DNA of 64,000 bases from Octopus bimaculoides (Eukaryota): the NCBI RefSeq assembly GCF_001194135.2, contig NC_068999.1:51056477-51120476 (forward strand), read 5' to 3'. Below are positions 26,514 to 39,938 of the stretch, piece after piece. The translations under genes and the position numbers were made by a program. The notes beneath the pieces were generated by a model. It was not told the DNA's origin. It saw only the letters and a program-made list of their open reading frames with translations, and searched no databases. How positions within the stretch are numbered: position 1 is the stretch's first letter; each line of letters begins with the position of its first letter.

Positions 26514-27688
26514 GTGTATCTACCACTCAATGATCAATCACTTCTGGTGAACTCTGTTAAGCAATTTCAGCTCTACTTTCAGCTGAAGTACTAAAGTACA
26601 CGTCAGAGTTTTAGTGGTAAACCATAGTACATACCTATTACATTACGTCAATTGAAGTAATTATTTTGCTATACATATATACATACATACATACATACAT
26701 ACATACATACATACATACATACATACATTTAGTGTGCGTGTGTGTGTATGTGTGTAATAGAAACGCGCAGCGGCAGAGATATATATACAGATATGTGTTT
26801 ACACAAAGACATTTAAGTCAGAAATGAAGGTGGAAGTTAATAACTTACAACTCAACACAACTTCTTGATATAATTTAAAACACAATAGATCACTTTGTTT
26901 TAATTTGCATTCTTACATTTATATTCAAGATATTTACACTTCTTGTCCAGATACAATGATTCTTACGAAAATATATTATTTTCTAGTTGTCTGATGATAA
27001 TACTTCAGTACAATAAACTCTTGAATACAATATGTCAGCGCGTAATCCATTTGATCGCATATTGTACATTGAATAACATCTTGATAAACAAGTACCAAAA
27101 AGTTTATTATCGCAACAGGTTTTATAACATTACAATGCTATAGAACAAAATGTTCTAGTCGTCTGGCAATCACTTATACTACAGAGAACAAAGCATTGAA
27201 CGATGAAGCCGTATACATTCATAAGAATGTCATGATCTCACGAAAAAGAAAGTATAACAGAAGAAACGAATAGTGATCTAACGTTCTAACATAAAAATAA
27301 ATGTTGATATATTTACAAAGGGGAAAGGTCTTAGCATTATTTAGTAACAACAATGATACTGTTTTGTGTTCACAAGATTTTTGGAGACATATACACATAC
27401 GTAGTCCAAATTGGCGTCGTAGTTATTGAATTTTTATTACTGAGCTTTTCTTTGATCGAATATTCTCCGTAGTAGGCATTGTAATCACCAATACAAGCTA
27501 ATAAAGTACGTTGCTCACTTATTTATATTGCGAACACTGGAGTGACATGTGGCTTCTAAGGGTGTGATATCCTTGATAAAAATTGTAAATGTTAAGTTCA
27601 AAGTTTATAAAAGAGAAACATGAACACACAGACACATATGTACACACATACACGTACATGCATACACACATACATATGTGTATGTATG

Positions 27689-27724
<36 letters not shown>

Positions 27725-27932
27725 TATGTCTCGGTCAGTGTCTGTCACAATATGCGCTTGATTATTTCGCAGATACATGCATCCTCAATCCGTATTTCAT
27801 ATGTAGTAGTAACGTGGCGTCTGCTGATAAAACTGGATCTTTGAATAAAATATGCCCTATATATANNNNNNNNNNNNNNNNNNNNNNNNNNNNNNNNNNN
27901 NNNNNNNNNNNNNNNNNNNNNNNNNNNNNNNN

Positions 27933-27989
<57 letters not shown>

Positions 27990-28092
27990 TGAACAAGATA
28001 TCTGGATGGTCAAAATAACGAAGTAAGTTTTAAGATTATGAAAGCTCAGTGTAAGCAATATCGTTAGATTATTTAACCATTAAGAAAATATA

Positions 28093-28450
28093 TTGCAAGT
28101 TTATATGTAATTTCCCATAATCAATGCACAATTAATCCATTTTAGTGCAACAAGTTTCTTTTATGCAACGATGGTCATTGCTGTTTATTGGACGCTTTTG
28201 AGAATTTCATTCGATGCGAAAGTTTCAATCACGTAAAGATTAATTGCAATTTCAACAAGTATTGCCTTATATGCCTACGCAATGAATTGTTCTCTATATT
28301 ATCCCTTCATAATGATGTCACTTTCAATCATGCCTTCATATAACTGGATTATTCCAATTCCTGTTCCATTACAAAGCCCGTAATCTTCATTTAATATCGC
28401 AATGTCATCAAAACGCATGGCTTCTTCAATTTGAAAATACAGAGTATCGT
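28093..28450 (-). mobile_element. Decayed Helitron PIF1-like helicase fragment
   Basis: Minus strand ILNEDYGLCNGTGIGIIQLYEGMIESDII...TAMTI... and, after a frameshift, DYGKLHINL; corresponds to the GLCNGT...AMTINKSQG...SHGQLYVALS motifs of Helitron helicases (GLCNGT at 28362-28379). Confidence 0.7.
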
Positions 28451-28904
28451 TCCATCTCTTTAGCATCTTTAATAAGCAATCTTTCAGTCTTCATAATCAG
28501 AGTGTACATTGCCTTTATAATATGAATTTGTAAATAATTACACGTTTACTAGAGTCTAGTATCGATGGTTATCTACACTTTGCCTCATTTAATGGGATGC
28601 TAATTTCTTGTATGTATATGTATGTACATATTTTGATCAAACGACTATAAATATTAGCGGTCTGAGAGAGATAGGAGACAGAGTGGGAATTAGTCGCATG
28701 ATATCGTAAGGTGTCGCTTTGGAAGTTTGTCGGAATATCATTTGTTGGTTCTTCGAGAGGTCGTGGAGCGTTTGTTGGATTGTTACGTTTTTGTTACCCT
28801 GCTTCGTTATATGTTTATAGTTACTACACGGTTATAGTGTAAAAAAGTATCGTCTATCAATTGGCGATACAACACTATATTATATTCATATATTGATGTG
28901 TGTG

Positions 28905-29110
28905 TGTGTGTCTTTTCGTTGGTGTTTGTTCCCCACCACCACTTGAAAACCGGTATTAGTGTGTTTACGTCCACGTAATTGAGTGGCTCGGTAAAAAAAA
29001 AGACCGGTAGAATAAGTACTAGGCTCAAAACTATAAATCCTTGTGTCGATTGGTGTTCGACTAAAACCATTCAAAGTAGGGCACCAGTATGACCGGAGTG
29101 GCAAAGAAAC
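28905..29110 (+). mobile_element. SINE family B, 3' half
   Basis: GTGTGTTTACGTCCACGTAA...GACCGGTAGAATAAGTACTAGGCT...CGACTAAA matches 970-1085. Confidence 0.8.
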
Positions 29111-29513
29111 CCATTTTTGTAACCCCGTGATTTTTGCTTCAATCCCTTTGGATAGCACACACGATAAGTCTTCTTTTGTAGCTCCGAAGCTACCAATGTC
29201 ATGTGAATTAACTTTGTACAGGGAAACTATGTGGAAGCCAACGGTATATAAATGTATGCGTGTGTGCATGTGTATGCGTGTGCGCAATCGTGTGTGTATG
29301 TGTGTGTATCTAAAACCCCACCATCAAATCTTCATGGTTAGTTTTGGATCTCTTACTTTCACTATCTAGCGGTTGCTCAAAAGCGGTCCAATAGCACAGG
29401 AACGAAACTTGAAAACTGAACACAATTATTATGATTGATTTGTTGTTCTCAGTTCAATAACTGAATCAAAAAAAACCTTAAAAAATATAATAGGTTTTAA
29501 ATGTTGATGTGTG

Positions 29514-29544
<31 letters not shown>

Positions 29545-31610
29545 AGGTGTGGGTGTTTGTCAGTTACTTTATGATGCACCATGTCTTGCCGGAGTTTTTT
29601 TGCGATAATGTTATTCTAGGGTAATAGAGTTGGGTATTTGCCTTAAAGCAACAGGTTACCACGAGTGACATAAAACTGGAAAAAATAATTTGATATTATT
29701 TAATTTTTACTTAATATTTGATATTGAAAATTGTAGTTGGCTTCTCCACTGTAACGCATTTAGTACACTATCTATGTAAATTCAATAGATAATGTAACTT
29801 TTATTTGCATTAAATTTATACAAAGGTGAGTCATAAAGATAGCATTACTTTCTAACCCACCCTCGTATATAGAACATAGTATAATAAAACTTCGAACTAC
29901 TTCCGTCTAAAATGTTCGGAACGAATTAAATGAATGCAGGTCAGCACTATTTTGGGAATCAATTATCTAGATTTAATCGATTCTATGTAAAAAAAAAATA
30001 GCAACAAAAACAACAATATTATACAGACAATGGACTAACTATACACATATTAGGAATCGAAATAAGACAGAATGTGATACTTACTTGGATAAATAAGTAT
30101 GTACATGGATATATACTTGTGGAGCTTTAGGATAGAAGCCAATAGTAAGAGATGCCCTCCCGAACATATTGGATCGAACTCGCCTGGTTTCCTCTAAATT
30201 TACCCCCTCACATATGAACGCTCTTTGTATATCAGGACTGTTTTCTTTGTTTAAAAAAAATAAAACGTAAACATATAGAGGAAAATGTAATTATCAGTAA
30301 ACAAAAGGACGATCGATAATAAAAAAAAATAAGAAAACAACATTGTATATGTATGTATATATATGTGTATATATATATGTTTGCTCAAACATATTGATTT
30401 TTGTTGAATATTAAGAATTTATTCATGTGTTTCCTACAAGAAAAATATGTACATAATAAAATAATACACTTTGGATTTTAATCAGAATTTAATCTGTGAG
30501 AAACTCTTAAACACGAACTTTATATTAAGAAAGAAACCATTGCATTTTAGAAAATCGACTTTATTTTTATCAAGGGATAATTTCTCCATGTATGTTTGGA
30601 TGAGATAACATTTTGCAGCATTTCCTTATTGATTCGTTTATGTATTTATTTAGTTTTCCTTTCAGATATTTATTTACTTCTTTTTTAATCTCCTTTGAAT
30701 TAGTTTTATTTTGTTTTATTTAATTTAATTTTATTTCATTTTATATTCTTCGTTTATTTTTGCTCGTGAAAATTCTCATAACGATTTATCATTTTGCGCT
30801 CACGCGAGAATTTCCCGAAGCGGTTTAAGGTTTGTATGTATGTATGGCCATCGCTATGCCCTTACATACACTCATTGCATATAGTGATAATACCTATTTT
30901 CTCTCCTCAACCATCTCTTTCATAAACACACACACACATTTATATATATATATATATATATATATATNNNNNNNNNNNNNNNNNNNNNNNNNNNNNNNNN
31001 NNNNNNNNNNNNNNNNNNNNNNNNNNNNNNNNNNNNNNNNNNNNNNNNNNNNNNNNNNNNNNNNNNNNNNNNNNNNNNNNNNNNNNNNNNNNNNNNNNNN
31101 NNNNNNNNNNNNNNNNNNNNNNNNNNNNNNNNNNNNNNNNNNNNNNNNNNNNNNNNNNNNNNNNNNNNNNNNNNNNNNNNNNNNNNNNNNNNNNNNNNNN
31201 NNNNNNNNNNNNNNNNNNNNNNNNNNNNNNNNNNNNNNNNNNNNNNNNNNNNNNNNNNNNNNNNNNNNNNNNNNNNNNNNNNNNNNNNNNNNNNNNNNNN
31301 NNNNNNNNNNNNNNNNNNNNNNNNNNNNNNNNNNNNNNNNNNNNNNNNNNNNNNNNNNNNNNNNNNNNNNNNNNNNNNNNTATATATATAGTATTTTTAT
31401 CACCCCTGTTTATTGTGAAATGTATGAACCTGTTTTTATAAATAGTTGACTGATTACCTGGACAAAACTTTGGATCAAATCTGGAAGCTGTACTCTTCTA
31501 AGCGACGGCTATATCTATGAGCGTGCGTGTGTGTGAATGTGTGCACGGTGTGTGTATATATACACACGTACATACATTCATCCATCCATACATACATATA
31601 TACATACAGG

Positions 31611-31661
<51 letters not shown>

Positions 31662-32858
31662 CCACACACACATATATATATATATAACCAACAACAAGGT
31701 GTTTTGTATGTATGTATATGTGTATGTAAATATACATAAATGTATGTACGTATGCACGCATGTTTGTATGTATAAGTGCGTATGTATGTAATTATGCATA
31801 AATGTATATATGTATGTATGAATTAAACACTACGTAAGCAAAGCAAAAGTTAAGGACGAAGCTGATAAAGCAAAATATCCCCTTAACAGGGAAAAAGCAA
31901 AATGCCCCTGTTAACATTTTTATTATGCGTTCCTTACTGTGACTGGCCTTACTCGAGAAAAGCGACACACACGATGCAAGATTTCATGAGGGTACGAAAA
32001 CATGTGTCAGTTGGTGGTAAACACTGTAATAACGTGCAGCAGCAAGGGGTACCCATCGTAGATATAACTGTGAAACACACATCCATGTTGCACCAGAATT
32101 TGAAACCAATATTGCTATGAATTTATTATCTAAATTATGCTTACCAACTGTTACACCATTTTGGTGAAATTTAGTATTTCACTCATATCTCCCTAACACG
32201 CCAACAGTATGTTGTAAGGTGCAGCATTGAGGATACCACCTCTGAATATATTCTATACTTATCTTCCCACTTCTCACAACTTCTACACCAGTGTCTGAAT
32301 GTTTCAAACATTTGTCACGTCCCTTCGTATCGCAAACAATTATCAGTTAGGACGAGTGAATTGGTATTCAAAAATACGCAATAATTTGGAGAAATATATT
32401 CATCTAATTGTGAACAATTTGCGATCGTCGTAATACATTTAGAATAGCTCTGATAATGGCATGTATATTACAACATTATTAACTCAACATTTTAATAGCT
32501 TTTCTTTAAATTATTACATATTATTATTGATTAACACCTAGCGTAATTCTGCATCATATTTCAATGTGCAACATTAGTTTTCGAATGTAACACCTTCCAG
32601 TTTATTAGAACAATGCTCCTGATTATCATCTACAGTGCTAATAGTCATCTTCATCCACCGACATGAAATTTCATATAATTGTAATTACATTAACATCAAT
32701 TACCATAACCATTAAATATAACTTCAATTATAATGTTTGCACAATAACGCATTTCTGTGATAACTATTTCTTACTAATAGAATGTTTATACATTAAACAC
32801 AGTATAGACACAAGTATACAAATGTGTATGTATGTATGTATGTATGTATGTATGTATG

Positions 32859-33023
32859 CGTTATGTCTGACGCTACTGCTATCTAGCACCTTCGGATGTT
32901 CTCTACTCAACCGCTACACAACTGCTACTCGACTGCTACTCAACACTCCTACCACGGCCAGACTACCTCTATTTATATGTCTTGGGAGATCCTACTTCTT
33001 CGCCTGGGGGCGTCGACACAACA
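32859..33023 (-). mobile_element. Probable solo LTR (165 bp) inserted in (TATG)n
   Basis: Imperfect terminal IRs CGTTATGTCTGACGC / GCGTCGACACAACA (TG...CA type with one mutated end); GTATG on both flanks; TATAAATA on the minus strand. Confidence 0.55.
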
Positions 33024-33039
33024 GTATGTATGTATGACA

Positions 33040-33490
33040 TTATTAAGTTTTATTTCAATATTCCTTACCAATAGCGAAAGAGCCGGTTTCTAACCTAGAC
33101 CCAGGGCTCCTTCATTGGAATCTCAACAACGTCAAGAGGGTATTTTTCTATGTATGCAAGTATGTGTACAGATTTGTACGCTTTCTTTCATTCATATCTT
33201 CTCACGCATACACTTGCATATCTAGACATGCTCATATATACTTTAATGATAAACTTCTGGAAAGTTTTACATATTTCTACAGTTCCAATGACGCCTTGGG
33301 TCTGAAGTCTCTGAATCAGCTTTCTCTTTTCTAGTTTTGAGAATCGTAATTTCTCAAGATTGATATTTAGGCAGTGTCTTACATATTCCAGGGCTCCAAT
33401 AATTACAGGTATAAACCTGAACTTGTAATCTTGATAGAGTAACTGCAGATTTCTCAATATTTCAGCATAGATATTTTCTTGTTTCACTTA
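33040..33490 (-). mobile_element. REL-type non-LTR retrotransposon 3' end (R4/Dong-like, distinct family), 5' truncated
   Basis: ORF KQENIYAEILRNLQLLYQDYKFRFIPVIIGAL...GTVEICKTFQKF shows the E.K..Y / IP.IIGALG pattern of the REL C-terminus; 3' UTR ends AAATAAAACTTAATAAT. Confidence 0.8.
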
Positions 33491-34438
33491 TTTTAGATAT
33501 ATGTATGTATGTATGTATGTATATGTATGATTTTTTTCTTTAGGTTTAATTTTAATTCTCCTTGAGAGAGTTCAAGAAAGCAAAAAGACATTCTCAGTTA
33601 AGTGTGCACTCGGTGTTTGTAAATATGTGGTTGAGTCGGTGTGTGAGTTGGATTTGGATTTGGAAAAACCACGTCAGTATCTACTGCTCTTTTTCCGTGA
33701 AACCAGGTGTTTTAACGTTTTGTGCATATGTATCTATATATGTATGTATGTATGTATACATGTATGTATGTATGTATGTATGTATGTATGTATGTATGTA
33801 TGTATATATCTATCTATCTATCTATCTATATATATANNNNNNNNNNNNNNNNNNNNNNNNNNNNNNNNNNNNNNNNNNNNNNNNNNNNNNNNNNNNNNNN
33901 NNNNNNNNNNNNNNNNNNNNNNNNNNNNNNNNNNNNNNNNNNTATATATATCAGTTTATTGGTATTGTGCGATACTATAACATATAGCTGATATTTCGAA
34001 TTCCATGATTATTCTTCATATTCTTCAATATCAAAAGAGAATACAGTAATAAAAATTAATGCATTACAATGCAAAATACCAATTGGTTCTTAAATTATCC
34101 ACACTCATTGATCTATACTCATTGATCATACAGCACAAATAGAGAAACCAAAACAAGAAAGACGTTTTTTAAATTGCTAAATTACGTCATGTTACATGCA
34201 TTTTATTAAAGACTTTTGATGTATTATGGCGCCTTAGTATGATATAGTCTGTTAGAATTTTTGAAAATGTGTTAACCAAAGAATTATAACTTGCCTATTT
34301 TAACTAACTCGGCCATAAACTTTACTGAAAGACGTGGAAACGTGTTAGTTAACTTAAAGTAATAATTTAAGAACCAAATCTCCGGCTCTGTTTTCGATAG
34401 GTGTTTGGGTGTGAATGTGAGTATGTATGTGGGTACCT

Positions 34439-34485
<47 letters not shown>

Positions 34486-34539
34486 TGTGAGTGTGTGCGT
34501 GTGAGTGTGTGTGTCCGTGTATGTGTGTGTGTCCGTCTA

Positions 34540-34664
34540 GGAGCCTCGTGGAGTTTTAGGTGTTTTCGCTCAATAAACATTCACAACGCCCGGTCTGGGA
34601 ATCGAAACTGCGATCTTATGACCGCGAGTCCACTGCCCTAACCACTGGGCCATTGCGCCTCCAC
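34540..34664 (-). mobile_element. SINE family D, 5' head only
   Basis: Nearly identical to 26390-26512; stops at a (GT)n tract. Confidence 0.92.
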
Positions 34665-35376
34665 AGCCAGTGACATAACCGAAGACAAACACGACGCAGG
34701 TATGAGCGTAAAACACAAAATATACAAACAAAATAATTTATATGCCATACAAGCAAAATAAAAGCCATGAGCAGTGAGACAAATCGTGTGTATAAGTAAC
34801 GCTATGGAAAATGGAACTATGAAGGATAGAGTGAGAGGTGAAAAAAGGAAACCAAGTTAGAAAATACAGAACGCGTTACTTATACACACGTGTGGTGTAG
34901 TATCAAGACAAGACGCGTGTATAAATCCCAAGGCCTTTATCTTTTTTGTATATTTACAGTATTCCCAGCAGCTATTCGCTGTTGACGCCAGCAAAACGTG
35001 AGGCATATTATCGTTAAAAGTATGACAATGTAATGACATTTTTGGATGATAACTGACAAGGAAACTGCATGTTCGTTCCTTTTCTTGCTTCTGTTTAATT
35101 TTCGAAACTTATAGAATGTAATACCATACACCTATATTCTCTTTATCAACCTATATACATACATACATGCATACATAAATATATAAATATATATATATAT
35201 ATANNNNNNNNNNNNNNNNNNNNNNNNNNNNNNNNNNNNNNNNNNNNNNNNNNNNNNNNNNNNNNNNNNNNNNNNNNNNNNNNNNNNNNNNNNNNNNNNN
35301 NNNNNNNNNNNNNNNNNNNNNNNNNNNNNNNNNNNNNNNNNNNNNNNNNNNNNNNNNNNNNNNNNNNNNNNNNNNN

Positions 35377-35443
<67 letters not shown>

Positions 35444-36891
35444 GAGAGAGATGGAGGGTAAAGAGACAGTCAGGCAGAGATAGATATAGATGTGGATACG
35501 GAGATAGAGAGCTGTGAATGTATCGTGTGTGTACTTGTGTGCGCGTTTTTTTGTATTTTTTTTTTGCATATGCATGTACATGCGAACACATATATGTGTG
35601 TATATATATTCAAGTTTGAGGGAGTGAGTGGAGCGCATGAATACGATTCCAATTACAGTCCTGTCTTTAATTATCCGCAAACTATATCGAATTATTTTGT
35701 ATCGATTTCACTTCTAATCTAATTTGTTCACTGTTTGTGACTGGTATATTTTCTCTACTTAAAAAACCAAAAACAAAAACAAAAAAAGACAAAAGAGTAA
35801 AGCCGCAACAAAATTAACACCTTCTGATTTCGTTTAGATTACATGATAATTTACAAAACCACAAAAGGGATGAGATTTTCATGTTTTTCGCAATATTTTG
35901 CAATTAATTTGCGAAGCTTTTTTTCTTTTCATATTAAATCAAGCACTTAACTTCCAATTGCATTTTCTCTCGAAAGCTTATAGAACACGTGCCGTATTAG
36001 CGCCCAGATGTTAATTATTTTTAAGTATAATTTGTCAGTAAATTTTCGCTTGAATATTCTAATTAAAATAAGGTTTAATAAACAACCGTATTGTTTTATT
36101 TTTTCACTTCCTGTAATTCAAATCCTTTTTCCTGCTGATTCAAATAACTCACTTCATTTACAGCTTAACAGTATACACAAAACATATATGAAATTTTTAC
36201 TATAGATATACATACTCACACAATTTCTCAAACACGCACATATCTACATGTATGCATACATAAACACATACACACACACGCGTAATATATATTTATACAT
36301 ACATACATACATACATACATACATACATACATACATANNNNNNNNNNNNNNNNNNNNNNNNNNNNNNNNNNNNNNNNNNNNNNNNNNNNNNNNNNNNNNN
36401 NNNNNNNNNNNNNNNNNNNNNNNNNNNNNNNNNNNNNNNNNNNNNNNNNNNNNNNNNNNNNNNNNNNNNNNNNNNNNNNNNNNNNNNNNNNNNNNNNNNN
36501 NNNNNNNNNNNNNNNNNNNNNNNNNNNNNNNNNNNNNNNNNNNNNNNNNNNNNNNNNNNNNNNNNNNNNNNNNNNNNNNNNNNNNNNNNNNNNNNNNNNN
36601 NNNNNNNNNNNNNNNNNNNNNNNNNNNNNNNNNNNNNNNNNNNNNNNNNNNNNNNNNNNNNNNNNNNNNNNNNNNNNNNNNNNNNNNNNNNNNNNNNNNN
36701 NNNNNNNNNNNNNNNNNNNNNNNNNNNNNNNNNNNNNNNNNNNNNNNNNNNNNNNNNNNNNNNNNNNNNNNNNNNNNNNNNNNNNNNNNNNNNNNNNNNN
36801 NNNNNNNNNNNNNNNNNNNNNNNNNNNNNNNNATATCCTTTTGTTATTTACACCACCTGTCCTCGTCTGTTGTTATTATTTGTATATTCTC

Positions 36892-36945
<54 letters not shown>

Positions 36946-38129
36946 GTATTTGTGAGCGAGTGTCTCTTTGCACATGCACGCTATCCTTAATTATATCTAT
37001 ATCTATATATGTATATAATATATTGAATGTAAATTGACTTACATGAAATCTATTATGATATTGCTTGTTTAAACTAATGTAAACATACACAAAGATGTTC
37101 ACATTTAGGAGTAAAACATATAGTTTGATTATATTTGAACGAACGCTGCACTCGGTGTACTCGTTTCTTATAATTATAAGGTACCTTTCTTCTTTATTGT
37201 CATGAGAAAGTTACTGGAAAAATTCAACATATCACGCATTCATTGCTAAAAAAGTGATGCGTTTGAAGAAAATACTATATTTTCCCAATGATGTAAGGAA
37301 ATCACATCATCTTACTTCGTTGCTAGAGTCAGTGAAATCGCTCAATGTAAATTGAACAGGTTGGGCAAAGTTTAATAGCCTAAAGATAAACTTCATAACC
37401 ATTTTAAACGGATTTATATTGCTTTAGTTCGGTTTATATTTGGGATTGGAATTTTCTTACAAATTGATCTTAATTTAATTTAATCCTAAGTTCGATTTTA
37501 TGTATTCTCTTATCCTTGCATCTCCATCAATGATTACGGATTGCCTTTCAAAATTTATATGGATGTCTTACTGGCTATTAATATGAAATCTAAAAAGTAA
37601 GTAACAATTCTCTTGCAATAGTATTATTATAAATGACAGTGCACTTGTGATAGGATTTGATCTTTCCAAAGTAAAACTGTAAATAGCGTTTCCTGTTATC
37701 TGTCATAGCTAAAAGTACACTGTGGCCTTTACACTTTCGCTCACGCAAAGTAACAAAAATATTTAACGCATTATATATTAAAATGACGTAAACGATTCTC
37801 GCGTGGCAAAAAAAAAAGAGAAAACAAATACAATCATAGTTACGTGGTCGTTATGGCAACAGAAAATGTCTCTATAAACGAAACTTTACTGTCGACATAG
37901 AAATAGATTATATGCTGTTTTATCGCCATGTTGCATGTTTCTCTCCGTCTATGATGTCTCATAATTTCTTCAATAACAAAATCACTAAATCAGTCAAAAT
38001 TCGCACTTCCTATTACTGATGTTTAGTTGTTACTTCCACGAACCTCTACAAATAGATTTTTCACAGAACGCGAAAATACACATGTATATACATATGTATT
38101 TGTGCATATAAATATATGTATATGTGTGA

Positions 38130-38160
<31 letters not shown>

Positions 38161-39233
38161 TGCGTTTGCGCTCGCGTCTGTGTCTGTGTCTGTGTGTGTA
38201 TACGTATAATATATTGAGCTATAAAAGTTCTAAAAACATTACACAGCGCAAATATGTGATGTAGAGATCAATATGCTGTGTGTAGTGGAAAGACATTTTC
38301 AACATATCAAAATTTGACAGGCTGTACTGAGGATCTACCCTAAATAGACAGTTTAACGATGCATGAGAACATCTCGGCGTGGGAGAGAACACAGAGTTCA
38401 AATCCCTCTGAGATGAACTTTACCGTAGAACCGTGTTAGATATTATAAAATAAAGTACTAGTTATTTCCTGGTGTTAATAGTATGGTTCATTCCGCTATG
38501 AAACTTAGAGAGCCTACCATAGAAACAATTGTTTAAAAAGCAAACGACTATTTTTCTAGTATTTAGAGAGCCACCTACTGTTCCAATAGTAGCCTGGCAA
38601 TTTCATGACTGAGCCAGCTGCCTCTTATTTCAGGTGTATGCAACACATTTAAATTAAAAGCTCATACACTATAGATATAAAAAAAAATAAAGCCCAGAAC
38701 ATCTAAAATTCAGCCAAAATAAATGAAGCAAAGAAGATATGCAAAGTAAAAGAAAACAGATGAATGATAGAAATAAAAGTAAAAAAAAAAACATAAGAAG
38801 CACAAAGGAAAAAAATGCTTACACACATACATACACATATACATACACACAATATATATATATATACATATAGAATCAGCCAATAAAACATAGAAGTGTA
38901 TAATGATTGCAACCGGACATTTTTTATAGATGGAAAATGGATCCATAAATGAAGAGGAAAAAAAATGTATCAGGGATAAAATATCGATAACGAGAAGACG
39001 GCATACTTTTAATTAGCTTCAGCAGTGTATTATGATAATTGGATGTTTTCTTTCATGCACCAATGAGCCTGGTTATTAAAATATGAATGGCGTCGATGCT
39101 GGTTGTAGTCGTTTACGAGATGATAATGGTAGTAATAATGTGAATATTATCCATTTAAAAACAAACAAAGAAACATAATTTAAATATTAATGAATCTACT
39201 ACAACTACTGATGCTGTAGTACTGCAGCTGTCA

Positions 39234-39365
39234 TTCTTCTTCTTCTTCTTCTTCTTCTTCTTCTTCTTCTTCTTCTTCTTCTTCTTCTTCTTCTTCTTCT
39301 TCTTCTTCTTCTTCTTCTTCTTCTTCTTCTTCTTCGTCTTCTTCTTCTTCCTCTTCTTCTTCTTC
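39234..39365. repeat. (CTT)n / (GAA)n microsatellite
   Basis: Near-perfect run; source of the poly-K ORF. Confidence 0.97.
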
Positions 39366-39844
39366 GCTACATTACGCACAAAGACAGAAGTACGAGGGCC
39401 GGTACTGGACGATGGAGTGTGGTATTGCATAAAAACAAAACATCTAATGAACACCGAACAATAGCCACCACGTACAAAACAATTCAAAGTGATGTCGCTT
39501 CCCATTGCTAATAGTGGAAATCCCAAAAGCCGAGGTCACCGTGACAACTTAGGTTAAGCGCCTTCTTCCCGTTCTCACTCTCCAATCGACAAGGCCATGT
39601 TTGTAGTGGAAAGATTTCCTTTTATTTTATGCTCGGCACTTTCACCCGGCTTTCAACCAATTTTCTGAAAGGCAGCTTTTACCTCTCCACATTGGATTTT
39701 TCTTCTTCATATGAAGCTGTTAAAAGTTAATATCTGCCATTTACGGCCAAAGCAAGGCGGCTGAATAATACTCAGTGTATCAGCTGATAAATGGATCCAT
39801 CCTTAACGCGATAGTAGCTTTTCGGCAATTTTTGTTCGGCAATT

Positions 39845-39875
<31 letters not shown>

Positions 39876-39890
39876 GTCTACTACTACAAC

Positions 39891-39936
<46 letters not shown>

Positions 39937-39938
<2 letters not shown>

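Noticed and set aside
32250-32320. Minus-strand KHSD..VEVVRSGKISIEYI, similar to the copia RNase H end
   Set aside because: Too short, and the flanking motifs (ADIFTK, SKHID context) are absent.
37316-37379. AIKLCPTCSIYIER resembling the RING2 start of RNF144-type RBR ligases
   Set aside because: A stop follows two codons later, the spacing to downstream cysteines is wrong and no other RBR exons were seen.
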